Of a stretch of DNA of 64,000 nucleotides, positions 9,758 to 19,436 are shown one piece after another. The notes beneath the pieces are model-generated. The model did not search any database and was not told the origin of the DNA. It worked only from the letters and a program-made list of their open reading frames with translations. Each line of letters opens with the position of its first letter. Position 1 is the first letter of the stretch. The position numbers were made by a program, and so were the translations under genes. The DNA is from Granulicella sp. Lineage in GTDB: Bacteria > Acidobacteriota > Terriglobia > Terriglobales > Acidobacteriaceae. The DNA is taken from positions 781,917-845,916 of the forward strand of contig OZ240669.1 in the NCBI GenBank assembly GCA_965198635.1, read 5' to 3'.

Positions 9758-12751
9758 CTACCCCAGCAGAGCTCCCACGACCTCCGGCACCGTTGCCAGC
9801 GCCGCATCGAGCGCCCCCGCGTCACTACCGCCGGCCTCGGCTAGATCCGGCCGGCCACCGCCCTTGCCGCCGACCTTCGCCGCAATCGCCCCGACAACCT
9901 TGCCCGCCTGCACACGCCCGGTCAGGTCTTTGGTGACACCCGCAATCAGCGAGACCTTGCCCTCCGCCGTCGCCGCGCCCAGCACCACCACACCCGAACC
10001 CAGCTTGCCGCGCAGCTCGTCGACCAGGTTGCGCATCTGGCTCTTGTCCAGCGCGTCCACACGCTGCGAAAGCACGCGAACGCCCTTCACCTCCACCGCA
10101 CTCGAAGCCGCATCCGCCGTCGCCGCCGAAGCCGACTTCATACGCATCTGTTCCAGCTCGCGGCGCAGCTTTTTCAGCTCCTCATCGCCCTGTGCGAGCT
10201 TTGCCTGCAACGTCTCCGCGCTCAGCTCACCGCCAACTACCTGCCCAGCCACACGCGCCACCTCCGCGTCGCGCCGGAAGAGCTGCAGCGAACCCGTCCC
10301 CGTTACGGCTTCCACACGCCGCACGCCCGAACTCACCGAGCTCTCGCCGAGCAGCTTCATCAGCCCGATCTCGCCCGTTGCGCTCGTGTGGGTTCCACCG
10401 CAAAGCTCTGTCGAAAAGTCCCCGATGCGCACCACGCGCACGAACTCGCCGTACTTTTCGCCAAACAGCGCAGTCGCCCCCAGCTCATGCACGGCCACAT
10501 CGATCGGCACATCTACCATCGTCTCCACCGGTGTGTTCGCCAAAATGTGCGAGTTCACCAGCGACTCAATCTCCTCCATCTCCTCCGGCGCAACGCCCGT
10601 GAAATGGTTGAAGTCGAAGCGCAAACGCTGCGGATCATTCAAGGACCCGGCCTGCTTCACGTGCCGCCCCAATACCTCACGCAACGCCGCCTGTAGCAAG
10701 TGCGTTCCCGTGTGATTGCGCATCGTCGCATGACGAACACCGGCGTTCACGACGGTATCCAGCTGATCTCCAAGTGTGATGTTGTGCTTTGCCACGACCT
10801 GGTGCGCAAACACGCCCTGCACGGGTTTTTTGCAACCCGTTACCTCGGCCACAGCGGTCTGGTGATCGCTCGCATAGAGCCAACCCACATCGCCCACCTG
10901 CCCACCGGAATCCGCATAGAAGCTGGTCGCATCGAGCACAACCTCGCCCGTCTCGCCGGGCTTCAATTCGTTGACACCAACACCATCCTTGATCAGCGCC
11001 AGCACCCGCGCGCCGTCCAAGCGCGTAGCTCCATAGCCGACGAACTCGGTCTTCGACAGCTCGCGATACACAGGAGAAGCCGACTTCTGCGACCCACCCT
11101 TCCACGAAGCGCGTGCGCGAGACTGCTCTTCTTGCATCGCACGCTCGAAACCCTCTGTGTCGAATGAAATCCCCGCATCACGCGCCGCGTCGACCATAAA
11201 GTCCACCGGCATCCCGAAGGTCTCGTATAGGCGGAACGCCTGTCCACCCTCAAGCTTTGCGGGGTAGTGCTGCAGAAAATTTGCTGTGTAGAAGAACTCA
11301 GTGAATCGACTTGTATCTGTGTCGTTAAAGATTGAGTTATAGATTGAGAAGTGCACGATCTCAGCGTCTGAGATCGAACCTGCTACCCACGGTTCTAAAT
11401 ACTTGCCCAACTGATCATCGCTGATGTTCAGGCCGTATTTGAAAGCAAAAGCGTGGGCCGCATTACGTGCGGCCTCCATTCTTACGGCGCGGAACGCAAA
11501 CTCGAGTTGACGTGAACCTTCCACCATGACCCGAGCAAACTGCTGCTCCTCCGCCAGCACTACCTTACTCACACGCTCCGCCGCATCCTTCAACTCCGGG
11601 TACGCCGCCTGCATCTCATCGCGCACAGCGAACACCATCTCATGCATGAACGGCTTTTCCTGCCCGAGCAATCGCCCATGCCGAATCCCGCGGCGCAGAA
11701 TCTTGCGCAGCACATAGCCGCGGTGTTCATTGCTCGGCAGCAATCCATCGGAAATCAAAAACGTAGCCGCACGCGCATGATCCGCGATGATGCGCAGCGA
11801 CGCTGCACCCTTCTCATCGCTCACCGCCAACTGCTCAATCAGCGCACGATCCGGGTGCCCTATCTTCGCGACGGCTTCATCGTCGCTAAGGTGGGTTTCG
11901 GGCCGGGTTCCGGCGAACCCCGTCAACCGCGCAGCCGCCGCGAGCAACGGCGTAAAAAGATCGCTCTCATAGTTAGAAAGCTTGCCCTGCAACACTGCAG
12001 CAATGCGCTCCAGCCCCATACCCGTGTCCACCGACTGCTTGGGTAGCGGCGTCAGCGTTCCATCGCTCGCACGATCGAACTGCATGAAGACCAGATTCCA
12101 GATCTCCACATAACGCTGATCGTCCTGCGGAAACGGCTTGTCTAATTTCTGACCATCGGGACCGGTCCCTTCAGCAGCCGCAAGCCCCAGATCATAGAAG
12201 ATCTCCGAGCAAGGCCCGCACGGCCCCGTGTCGCCCATCTGCCAGAAGTTATCCTTGGCGGGCATGCCGAAGATGCGCTCCTTCGGCACGCCGGTCTCGA
12301 TCCAGAAGCTCTCCGCCTGATCGTCACGCGGCACGCTCTCATTGCCTTCGAACACCGTGACGTAGAGACGTGACTTATCGATGCCGAACCACTCCGGCGA
12401 GGTCAGCAGCTCCCACGCGTACGCAATCGCATCGCGCTTGAAGTAGTCGCCAAAGCTGAAGTTGCCGAGCATCTCGAAGAAGGTGTGGTGACGCCGCGTG
12501 AAGCCCACATTTTCCAGATCGTTATGCTTGCCGCCGGCGCGCACACACTTCTGTGAGCTCGCCGCGCGCGTGTAGTCGCGCCGCTCCGCACCCAGGAACA
12601 CATCCTTGAACTGGTTCATGCCCGCATTGGTGAACAGCAGGGTCGGATCGTTGGCCGGAATCAGGGACGAAGAGTGCACGCGACGGTGCCCCTTGCCTTC
12701 AAAAAACCGCAGGAAATCTTCACGAATCTGGTTGCCGGACAGGGAGCGCAT
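9758..12751 (-). CDS. alaS: alanine--tRNA ligase
   Basis: Motifs [34 protein letters not shown], editing-domain HTGTHLL and CGGTH, and a C-terminal DHHA1-like region. Start chosen at ATG 12751 ([17 protein letters not shown]). The track ORF extends to 12835. Confidence 0.95.
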   Translation of the reverse strand: MRSLSGNQIREDFLRFFEGKGHRRVHSSSLIPANDPTLLFTNAGMNQFKDVFLGAERRDYTRAASSQKCVRAGGKHNDLENVGFTRRHHTFFEMLGNFSFGDYFKRDAIAYAWELLTSPEWFGIDKSRLYVTVFEGNESVPRDDQAESFWIETGVPKERIFGMPAKDNFWQMGDTGPCGPCSEIFYDLGLAAAEGTGPDGQKLDKPFPQDDQRYVEIWNLVFMQFDRASDGTLTPLPKQSVDTGMGLERIAAVLQGKLSNYESDLFTPLLAAAARLTGFAGTRPETHLSDDEAVAKIGHPDRALIEQLAVSDEKGAASLRIIADHARAATFLISDGLLPSNEHRGYVLRKILRRGIRHGRLLGQEKPFMHEMVFAVRDEMQAAYPELKDAAERVSKVVLAEEQQFARVMVEGSRQLEFAFRAVRMEAARNAAHAFAFKYGLNISDDQLGKYLEPWVAGSISDAEIVHFSIYNSIFNDTDTSRFTEFFYTANFLQHYPAKLEGGQAFRLYETFGMPVDFMVDAARDAGISFDTEGFERAMQEEQSRARASWKGGSQKSASPVYRELSKTEFVGYGATRLDGARVLALIKDGVGVNELKPGETGEVVLDATSFYADSGGQVGDVGWLYASDHQTAVAEVTGCKKPVQGVFAHQVVAKHNITLGDQLDTVVNAGVRHATMRNHTGTHLLQAALREVLGRHVKQAGSLNDPQRLRFDFNHFTGVAPEEMEEIESLVNSHILANTPVETMVDVPIDVAVHELGATALFGEKYGEFVRVVRIGDFSTELCGGTHTSATGEIGLMKLLGESSVSSGVRRVEAVTGTGSLQLFRRDAEVARVAGQVVGGELSAETLQAKLAQGDEELKKLRRELEQMRMKSASAATADAASSAVEVKGVRVLSQRVDALDKSQMRNLVDELRGKLGSGVVVLGAATAEGKVSLIAGVTKDLTGRVQAGKVVGAIAAKVGGKGGGRPDLAEAGGSDAGALDAALATVPEVVGALLG

Positions 12752-12930
12752 AGAGGCCCAGTTTAGCAGCGCGGCAACCGTGTGCCACGCTTTGGGCGAC
12801 GGCGCTGCGCAACGGATGCACTGTTCTGCTTTCAAGAGACTTTCAGGACGGCCGAACGCTCGGCAGCGTCACCTTCCGCAACCCCTTCAAGATGTCCATC
12901 GCAGAACTTGGCAGCCTGTAGGCAGAGCCG

Positions 12931-13881
12931 CTACAGCACTCCCGGCCGCCAGGTATTGCCCTCCAGCCGCAAGTCCGGATCAGCCGTCGCCCGCAGCCGC
13001 GGGAACTCCTCCGCATGGCGCACCATCTCCAGCGTGCTCACCAACGCGTCAAAGGCGTCTTCCGAGCCTTCGGCCTTCCGCATAACTGCCCGGCCCACCG
13101 GGGCAAACAGCTCGTCTTCCCTGCCCCGCTGCGTCAGGTAGTGCTTGCGTGCAATGGCATTGCTCTTGGCCACCGCTCCCGTCATCAGCCGGGTGTACAT
13201 CTCCACCAGCAAAGGCCGCGGCGACTCTTCCCCTGTCGACAAAGCAGCATCCTCGAACGGCCACACGCGCCAGCCCGCGTCATGCAGACGCGCCAGCATC
13301 GGCATGGCACGCAGCGAGCCCGTGCCGACCGACCCCGAGCCGCCGATTTGAAACGGCGACTTGGGCGTGATGCCCTTCATCTTCGCCGCGCGCTCGGGAT
13401 CACCGTTTGCGAGCGCCTGGGCGATCTTGTTGTCCCAATCGGCATAGCGAAACATGCTGCGAAAGCCTTCGCCCGCGAACAACGCCGGCCGCTTATGCGG
13501 CGCTCCCCAAAAACGCAGATCGCGGTTCATGGCTCCAGGGGAGTCCACCGCATGGCGCGTCAGCCAGCGCTCGCCCAAGCCGCTGTTCACCAGGCGCCAA
13601 AAGTCGAATGCCGTCGCGCAGCCGAGTTCCTCCAAAAACCACGCCGGGAAGCTGAAACAGCAATCGATGCCGACCACCATGCGCGGTGTTTCGGCCGCAA
13701 GCCGCAGCAACCAGTCGCCGACCTCCGCGCGCGTTCGCCCGGCCTCCAGCCCCACCTTCACCTTGCCTGCCGGGCTGCACGTCCAGACCCCGGCCCAGAT
13801 ATGCCGCCGCTGGCCGGGCAGATCGATGCGCCCGGACCAGTCGATGCCGACAAAGCGCTGCACTGGCGAAGCCTCAATCAT
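12931..13881 (-). CDS. hypothetical protein, possibly RNase H-like fold (DUF429-like?)
   Basis: Within ORF 12931..13971. Start chosen at ATG 13881 (MIEASPVQRFVGIDWSG), which overlaps the recX stop by 8 nt. Acidic motifs GIDWSG, VGIDCCFSFP and SEDAFDALVS are spaced like an RNase-H-type nuclease fold. The family call is tentative. Confidence 0.55.
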   Translation of the reverse strand: MIEASPVQRFVGIDWSGRIDLPGQRRHIWAGVWTCSPAGKVKVGLEAGRTRAEVGDWLLRLAAETPRMVVGIDCCFSFPAWFLEELGCATAFDFWRLVNSGLGERWLTRHAVDSPGAMNRDLRFWGAPHKRPALFAGEGFRSMFRYADWDNKIAQALANGDPERAAKMKGITPKSPFQIGGSGSVGTGSLRAMPMLARLHDAGWRVWPFEDAALSTGEESPRPLLVEMYTRLMTGAVAKSNAIARKHYLTQRGREDELFAPVGRAVMRKAEGSEDAFDALVSTLEMVRHAEEFPRLRATADPDLRLEGNTWRPGVL

Positions 13882-14410
13882 CACTGCCCGCAAGCTCCGC
13901 CTCTTCCACCACGGCGCCCCAGCTGCGTAACACCGCCCACACGGCCTTGGTTGAAAACCCGGCCGCCACAAGCCGCCTCATCGCGCGCGCGGTTTCCTTT
14001 TCGTTCTCCGGCTTGCGCATGCGCTTGCGCTCGGTGTATTGCCGTGCCAGCGCGACCTCATCGACGTCGTCGTAGGCCTTGCCCACGGCTTCGGTCACCG
14101 TTGCCTGCGCGACGCCCTTCTGCATCAAGCCCTGCTGTACACGGCGGCGTCCGAACTTGTCGTTTTCCTGCCGCAGACGGGTGAAGTCGGCCGCGAACCG
14201 CTCATCGCTCAGATAGCCGAGCTCTTTGAGCTTGCCGATCACGGCATCCATGGCCGCGCGGCCTTCCTCGCCGGGTTCGGCGCGAGCGGTCATCAGGCGG
14301 CGCAGATCACGCTCGCTTTTCATGCGGCCACCGAGGCTCTTTACGGCATAGTCCAGCAAACCTGTCCCGTCCAACGGCGGTTTCCCTGTTTTAGGTCGCC
14401 CAAAGCTCAT
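13874..14410 (-). CDS. recX: recombination regulator RecX
   Basis: 178 aa from ATG 14410 (MSFGRPKTG...). RecX-like helical repeats (LGYLSDERFAADFTRLR, GRRRVQQGLMQKGV, RRLVAAGFS). The track ORF 13874..15292 is an upstream extension. Confidence 0.8.
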   Translation of the reverse strand: MSFGRPKTGKPPLDGTGLLDYAVKSLGGRMKSERDLRRLMTARAEPGEEGRAAMDAVIGKLKELGYLSDERFAADFTRLRQENDKFGRRRVQQGLMQKGVAQATVTEAVGKAYDDVDEVALARQYTERKRMRKPENEKETARAMRRLVAAGFSTKAVWAVLRSWGAVVEEAELAGSDD

Positions 14411-14494
14411 ATTGGCAGTATCGCAGCCCAAGTCCGCCTTAGACAGGCAGCCAGCGAAGCCTTTCCCCTGGGAAAAGCGTCTACTGGAGTAGCC

Positions 14495-15400
14495 ATGCGC
14501 GCCCGCTTGCTCCCCCTCGCCCTTCTTGCCAGCCTGCCGCTGGCCGCCGCTCCCTCGGTCGCTCAGCAGACGCCGCCGACGCCTGCCAACATCGCCGGCT
14601 TTGGGCCGCTCGATCCGGCACAGCCCACGGGGATTACGGTGGCGCAGATCGTCGAGAAGATGGGTGCGCGGGAAGCGGCGTTTGAACATGCGCGCGATCA
14701 GTACACCTTCCGGCAATCCGTGAAGATGGACACGATCAACGACGACAACAACCGGCCCGACGGCGAGATGCAGGAGGTGACCGATATCACCTACGACAAC
14801 GCCGGTCATCGCGTGGAACACGTCGTCTTTGCGCCTGGAAACACGATCCAGCGCGTCATCATCACGGCCAACGACGTGAATGACATCAAGGACCGGCTGC
14901 CCTTCATCCTGACCACGGCGCAATTGCCCGAGTACAACCTGAACTACCTCGGCACGCAGCACGTGGATACGCTGGACACCTATGTGCTGGACGTGGCGCC
15001 CAAGCAACTCGTCAAAGGTCATCGCTACTTCCAGGGCAAGGTCTGGGTGGACAAGCAGGATCTTGAGATTGTGATGGTGAACGGGCTGAACGTGCCGCAG
15101 GATGTGCGTTCCGGGCATGAGGATCTGTCGCCGCCGTTTACCACCTACTATCAGCAGATCGACGGCAAGTACTGGTTTCCGACCTACACGCGCGCGGAAG
15201 GCGTTCTGCATTTCCCCGCGCAGCGCGGCGCGCTGGCCCAGGACGTGCACATGCGGGCCACGGTGAAGTACACCGACTACAAGCGCTATCACACCACCGT
15301 AACGATCGAATATGCAGGCAAGAAGATCGATTCGGAGCCGGCGAGTCCCGCTTCTGCCGGAAACGCCCCGGAAACGCCCGCTACCAAGCCTCAGCCTTAG
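14495..15400 (+). CDS. LolA-like outer-membrane lipoprotein-sorting family protein (secreted)
   Basis: ATG 14495 within ORF 14039..15400. Signal peptide MRARLLPLALLASLPLAAAPSVAQ. Body resembles LolA-like sorting proteins (YVLDVAPK...YFQGKVWVDKQDLEIV...GKYWFP). Confidence 0.65.
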   Translation: MRARLLPLALLASLPLAAAPSVAQQTPPTPANIAGFGPLDPAQPTGITVAQIVEKMGAREAAFEHARDQYTFRQSVKMDTINDDNNRPDGEMQEVTDITYDNAGHRVEHVVFAPGNTIQRVIITANDVNDIKDRLPFILTTAQLPEYNLNYLGTQHVDTLDTYVLDVAPKQLVKGHRYFQGKVWVDKQDLEIVMVNGLNVPQDVRSGHEDLSPPFTTYYQQIDGKYWFPTYTRAEGVLHFPAQRGALAQDVHMRATVKYTDYKRYHTTVTIEYAGKKIDSEPASPASAGNAPETPATKPQP

Positions 15401-15440
15401 CTGTCAAAGCCGTCAGGCGGCGGTGCGATACCCTTGGGGT

Positions 15441-16187
15441 ATGCCGTCGTTCCGTCCCCTCTTCCTGGCCGCGCTCTTTTCCAGTACCGCCGTGCTCACG
15501 GCGGCAGCCCAGGGCCCCAAACCCGCTACGACGTTGCACACGCCGTCCTCCTCAACAGCCGCTCGCGCGAACAGCAATCCGGAGCGACCGGTGCCGGCGG
15601 CGCTGCGGCCCTATCTGGGGTGCAAGCTGCCGATTGGACCGGACCTCACCGGTGATACCCTTCTGCCGCAGGCCCCGATGGCGCGCACCGCCCAGACCTT
15701 CAGCGGACCCAAAAAGATTCAGCTGGTTGACGGTGTGATGGCGGCGTTTGCCTACCCCCACGAACAGCCGTTCGCCAATGTGAAGGTAGAGCTGCTGCCG
15801 GCCGCTACCTACCCTGCAGAAAAGACCGATCTGATCAGCGAGTTCGACAAGATCAACGCGACCGGCAACGATACGCAACGGAATTACAAGATGAAGCCCA
15901 CGCTGAACGGCTTTGAGGTTCAGGGCTTCGACCGCACGGCACTCGACGGCCAGGTACTCGGCATCTATTTGCTGTTCGACAACGCACACCACGTGGCCAC
16001 AACCACTTACTTTCTGAACGCCCCTGTAGGTCAGCGCAAGTTCGATTCAATCAACGAGTACACCGGTCTGCGTGAGGGCTTTCTGAACGCCTATACGGTG
16101 TGCGTCCGCAAGGCACTCAGCGGCGCGACACCGTCCCCCGCGGCGAAACCTGCAGCGGCGAAGGCGGCAACGCATCGCGCTCCATAG
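15441..16187 (+). CDS. hypothetical secreted protein
   Basis: ATG 15441 within ORF 15312..16187. Signal peptide MPSFRPLFLAALFSSTAVLTAAAQ. No family recognised. Confidence 0.55.
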   Translation: MPSFRPLFLAALFSSTAVLTAAAQGPKPATTLHTPSSSTAARANSNPERPVPAALRPYLGCKLPIGPDLTGDTLLPQAPMARTAQTFSGPKKIQLVDGVMAAFAYPHEQPFANVKVELLPAATYPAEKTDLISEFDKINATGNDTQRNYKMKPTLNGFEVQGFDRTALDGQVLGIYLLFDNAHHVATTTYFLNAPVGQRKFDSINEYTGLREGFLNAYTVCVRKALSGATPSPAAKPAAAKAATHRAP

Positions 16188-16281
16188 AGTCGTTCTGTGG
16201 TGGCTGCGATACAGCATCAGCATTCATCTCTAACTCATCCGACCACACTGTCTCGTAAGACCAACCTGCCGAGGAATACAC

Positions 16282-17928
16282 GTGAACACGCTGCAACCCA
16301 TTGAGAAGATCGCCGCCAAGCTGAACGTCCCCGAGTCCTTCTATGAACGCCGCAGCCCCATCAGCGCCAAGCTGAGCCTGAACCTGCTGAAGACTGGCGA
16401 AGGCCAGAAGCTGGGCGAGATGATACTGGTCACCGCGACGACGCCCACCACCTCGGGTGAGGGCAAAACCGTCACGTCCATCGGCCTGGTGCAAGGGTTG
16501 GAGACGATCGGCAAGCGCGCCATCATCACCTCGCGGGAACCTTCGCTGGGGCCGGTCTTCGGCATGAAGGGTGGCGCGGCCGGCGGCGGCCAGTCGCAAA
16601 TTGAACCCGCGGCCAAGATCAATCTACACTTCCACGGCGATATGCATGCGATCACCTCAGCGCACAATCTGTTGGCCGCCTTGATCGACACGCACCTGTT
16701 CCACGGCAACGAGTTGAATCTGAACCCAGAGGGCATCACCTTCCCACGCACGCTGGATATGAACGACCGCGCGCTGCGCCGCATCGTCGTCAGCGTCACG
16801 CCGCCCAGCCAAACTCAACAGGCGGACCCTGCGAAGCCGCTGCGCGATGGCTCCAACCGGCCGTCGGGCTTCGTGATCACGGCGGCTTCGGAGATCATGG
16901 CCATCCTCGCGCTCGCGAAAGACCGCGATGACCTGCGCAAGCGCCTGAGTGCCGTCGTAATCGGTGCCAACCGCAACGGCGAACCCGTGCGCGCCTCTGA
17001 TCTGGGCGCTGTGGGAGCCATGATGGCGTTGCTCACCGAGGCCATCGAACCCAATCTCGTGCAGACCACCGAAGGCACGCCGGCCACCGTGCACTGCGGC
17101 CCGTTTGCCAACATTGCGCACGGTACCAGCTCTGTGATCTCGCAGCAGATGGGCCTGCAGCTTGCCGACTACGTGGTAAATGAAACGGGTTTCGCCTCCG
17201 ATCTAGGGTTCGAGAAATACATGGATCTGGTGATGCCTTCGGCCGGCATCAAGCCCGCGCTGGCCGTGTTGGTCACGACGGTGCAAAGCGTGCGCACGCA
17301 GGGCGACGGCGATCTCGAGCGCGGCTTCGCAAACCTTGCCAAGCACATCGGCATCGTGCGCGGCTTCCATCTGCCGGCGGTGGTCGCGATCAATCGTTTC
17401 CCCAAGGATACCGTTGAGGAGTTGCAGCAGATCGAGGCGTTCTGCAAGGCGCAGGGCGCGGAGTTCGCGCTCTCCGAGGCCTTTGCCAAAGGCGGAGAAG
17501 GCGCGGCCGCACTGGCCCGCAAGGTCGTCGAGGTGATCGAAGCAAACCCCGACCCGCAGATCGTAACAACCTATGAAGCCACTGATTCCGTGCTCGAAAA
17601 AATCACCAAGGTCGTGCAGAAGATCTATGGCGGCGATGCGGTCGAGCTAAGCGACAAGGCCAAGGAAAGCCTCGCGCGCATCGAGCGTTGGGGTTATGGG
17701 CACCTGCCGGTCTGCATCGCGAAGACGCAGTACTCGCTCTCTGACGACCCCAAGCAGAAGGGCGCACCCACGGGCTGGACGCTGCACGTAAGCGATATCT
17801 CACTCTCTGCCGGCGCGGGTTTCCTCGTCGTTACCTCCGGCAGCATGGTGTTGATGCCGGGCCTGCCCAAGCTTTCACGCGCACTCGATGTCGACGTGGA
17901 TGACGAGGGGAACATCACCGGCGTTTGA
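16282..17928 (+). CDS. fhs: formate--tetrahydrofolate ligase
   Basis: GTG start, 548 aa. FTHFS motifs (TPTTSGEGKTVTSIGL, HGGPFANIAHG-like TVHCGPFANIAHGTS, PVCIAKTQYSLSDDP). Confidence 0.95.
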   Translation: MNTLQPIEKIAAKLNVPESFYERRSPISAKLSLNLLKTGEGQKLGEMILVTATTPTTSGEGKTVTSIGLVQGLETIGKRAIITSREPSLGPVFGMKGGAAGGGQSQIEPAAKINLHFHGDMHAITSAHNLLAALIDTHLFHGNELNLNPEGITFPRTLDMNDRALRRIVVSVTPPSQTQQADPAKPLRDGSNRPSGFVITAASEIMAILALAKDRDDLRKRLSAVVIGANRNGEPVRASDLGAVGAMMALLTEAIEPNLVQTTEGTPATVHCGPFANIAHGTSSVISQQMGLQLADYVVNETGFASDLGFEKYMDLVMPSAGIKPALAVLVTTVQSVRTQGDGDLERGFANLAKHIGIVRGFHLPAVVAINRFPKDTVEELQQIEAFCKAQGAEFALSEAFAKGGEGAAALARKVVEVIEANPDPQIVTTYEATDSVLEKITKVVQKIYGGDAVELSDKAKESLARIERWGYGHLPVCIAKTQYSLSDDPKQKGAPTGWTLHVSDISLSAGAGFLVVTSGSMVLMPGLPKLSRALDVDVDDEGNITGV

Positions 17929-17948
17929 AGGTCTGCAACACAAGAACC

Positions 17949-18042
17949 TGTCATTCTGCAAGAAGTGAAGGACCTGCTTTCTATTCGGAGCTGCGCTACA
18001 GCACCAAGGAATAGCAGGTCCTTCGCGTTGCTCAGGATGACA
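17949..18042. repeat. palindromic repeat element between convergent fhs and uvdE (probable bidirectional terminator)
   Basis: Left arm TGTCATTCTGCAAGAAGTGAAGGACCTGCT (17949..17978) is the inverted complement of right arm AGCAGGTCCTTCGCGTTGCTCAGGATGACA (18013..18042). Confidence 0.75.
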
Positions 18043-18047
18043 AGTCG

Positions 18048-19436
18048 TTAGGCGGTAGCCACCTCAATCTCGTTCTCCTCTTCCACCACCTCGTCCACGT
18101 CTTCGTCCACATCTTCGCTCGCCTGCTTGGCATCCACGCCGTAACGCGCCGCGAGCTGTGGATCATAGCGCGCCATGTCATTGCGAAGACGAATGAGTGA
18201 GAGATCCTTCGCCTTGGACTCGAGCATCACGTCGGTGTCGATGCCCTGTATCGACCGCAAAAACGTGATGGTTTCGAAGGGGTTGTTGTAGTCCGCGTGC
18301 CCGGTCCAGATGGGCGGCTGCAGCACGGTCTCGGCTTTGCCGGTCTTGCGATTCCGGCGCTTGATCTCGCGCATCTCCGTGCGGGCGCAGCTGAAGTGCA
18401 TCTTGGGCCGCACACCTTGCGGCCAGGTTTTGCAGAAGCGGGCTAACGTTTCAACCAGTGGAAGACCTTCAGGGTTAAAGCACCAGTGGTGCTGGTAGTC
18501 GAAAACACACTTCACGCCGGTAGCTTCGTTCACCTTGAGAACATCGCTCGCGGAAAAGCGGATGTCGTCGTTTTCAAGCACGAGCCGGCGCTGCACCGGC
18601 TCACTCAGCCGCTTCCATGTCTCGGCCCAGCGGCGCCAACCGCTTTCGCGATCGCCATAGGCCCCGCCTACGTGAACCACCATCACCGCCTCCGGACCGC
18701 ACTCCATCCGATCCAGGATTTCGGCTTGGGATTCCAGATCCCACATGCTCTTCAACGTCAGCTTTTCGTTCTCCGAGTTCAACACAATGAACTGCGAAGG
18801 ATGGAAGCTGAGCCGCACATCCGCTTCGCGCGCCAGGCGACCGAAGTGCGCAAGATCGGCAGCGGAGTCCTTCACCATCGAGTGAAATTGCGGCATATCC
18901 GGATGCGTGGCGTACGGCGCAAGATCCGATCCCATGCGGTACATATGAATGCCGTGCTTGCGCAGGTATGCAATCACATCGCAAAGATAACCAAGCGAGA
19001 CGCGCAGGTGCGGATCGGCCTGCCAACGGCGCGCGTCGCTGGTCTTCATACCGCCCGCCCCCATCACCTTCACCGGAAAGCCGAGCCGCATGCACTCCGC
19101 TGGAAAGGTAAGCTGCGGCAGACCTTTGAGCGCTTCGCATTGCGCCATCGGACGATGCAGCATGCGGTCGAGATCGGCCTCGGCGACCTCCGCCTTGGTC
19201 GGTGGCTTTACGACTTTCCTGGCCTTCTTCAACGCCTTCTTGCCTGCGGCCTTCGTAGCTGGAATCTTTCTGTCTACAAGCTTTGTGGCTACACGCTTTG
19301 TGGCTACAACCTTTGCAACTACAGCGCTCGTGCTCTTCGCATTCACCTTTGGGCTGCCATCGCGCGGCGCAGCGGAGGAATCTGCTGTTCCTGGCCGTTT
19401 CACTCCCCTTGGCTCCGCTGCCTTCTTTTTTGCCAT
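18048..19436 (-). CDS. uvdE: UV damage endonuclease UvdE/UvsE with about 90-aa lysine/alanine-rich N-terminal extension
   Basis: Core matches UvsE (YRMGSDLAPYATHPD, RLSFHPSQF, HVGGAYGD, LVLENDD, VFDYQHH). N-terminus is MAKKKAAEPRGVKRP...KAAGKKALKKARKVVKPPTKAE. Confidence 0.9.
   Translation of the reverse strand: MAKKKAAEPRGVKRPGTADSSAAPRDGSPKVNAKSTSAVVAKVVATKRVATKLVDRKIPATKAAGKKALKKARKVVKPPTKAEVAEADLDRMLHRPMAQCEALKGLPQLTFPAECMRLGFPVKVMGAGGMKTSDARRWQADPHLRVSLGYLCDVIAYLRKHGIHMYRMGSDLAPYATHPDMPQFHSMVKDSAADLAHFGRLAREADVRLSFHPSQFIVLNSENEKLTLKSMWDLESQAEILDRMECGPEAVMVVHVGGAYGDRESGWRRWAETWKRLSEPVQRRLVLENDDIRFSASDVLKVNEATGVKCVFDYQHHWCFNPEGLPLVETLARFCKTWPQGVRPKMHFSCARTEMREIKRRNRKTGKAETVLQPPIWTGHADYNNPFETITFLRSIQGIDTDVMLESKAKDLSLIRLRNDMARYDPQLAARYGVDAKQASEDVDEDVDEVVEEENEIEVATA

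Noticed and set aside
11247-11507. alaS insertion as an intein
   Set aside because: It is too short (about 80 aa). It lacks the N-terminal Cys/Ser, the C-terminal His-Asn and the +1 nucleophile arrangement, and it has no endonuclease motifs.
13015-14184. 389-aa plus-strand ORF
   Set aside because: It is antisense to the recX-linked gene and recX, with an Arg/Pro/Ala-rich shadow-ORF composition.
14411-15292. Upstream extension of the recX ORF (track ORF 13874..15292)
   Set aside because: The extension is antisense to the well-supported LolA-like gene and is compositionally odd. RecX similarity starts at the ATG at 14410.
16188-16281. ZTP (pfl) or THF riboswitch upstream of fhs
   Set aside because: One-carbon genes often carry these, but the 94-nt leader lacks the conserved pfl elements as I recall them (GGGTCGTG...CCGGGCGGA...CCGCCTGGGC). 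It also lacks any obvious pseudoknot-forming repeats. An Rfam scan would be decisive.
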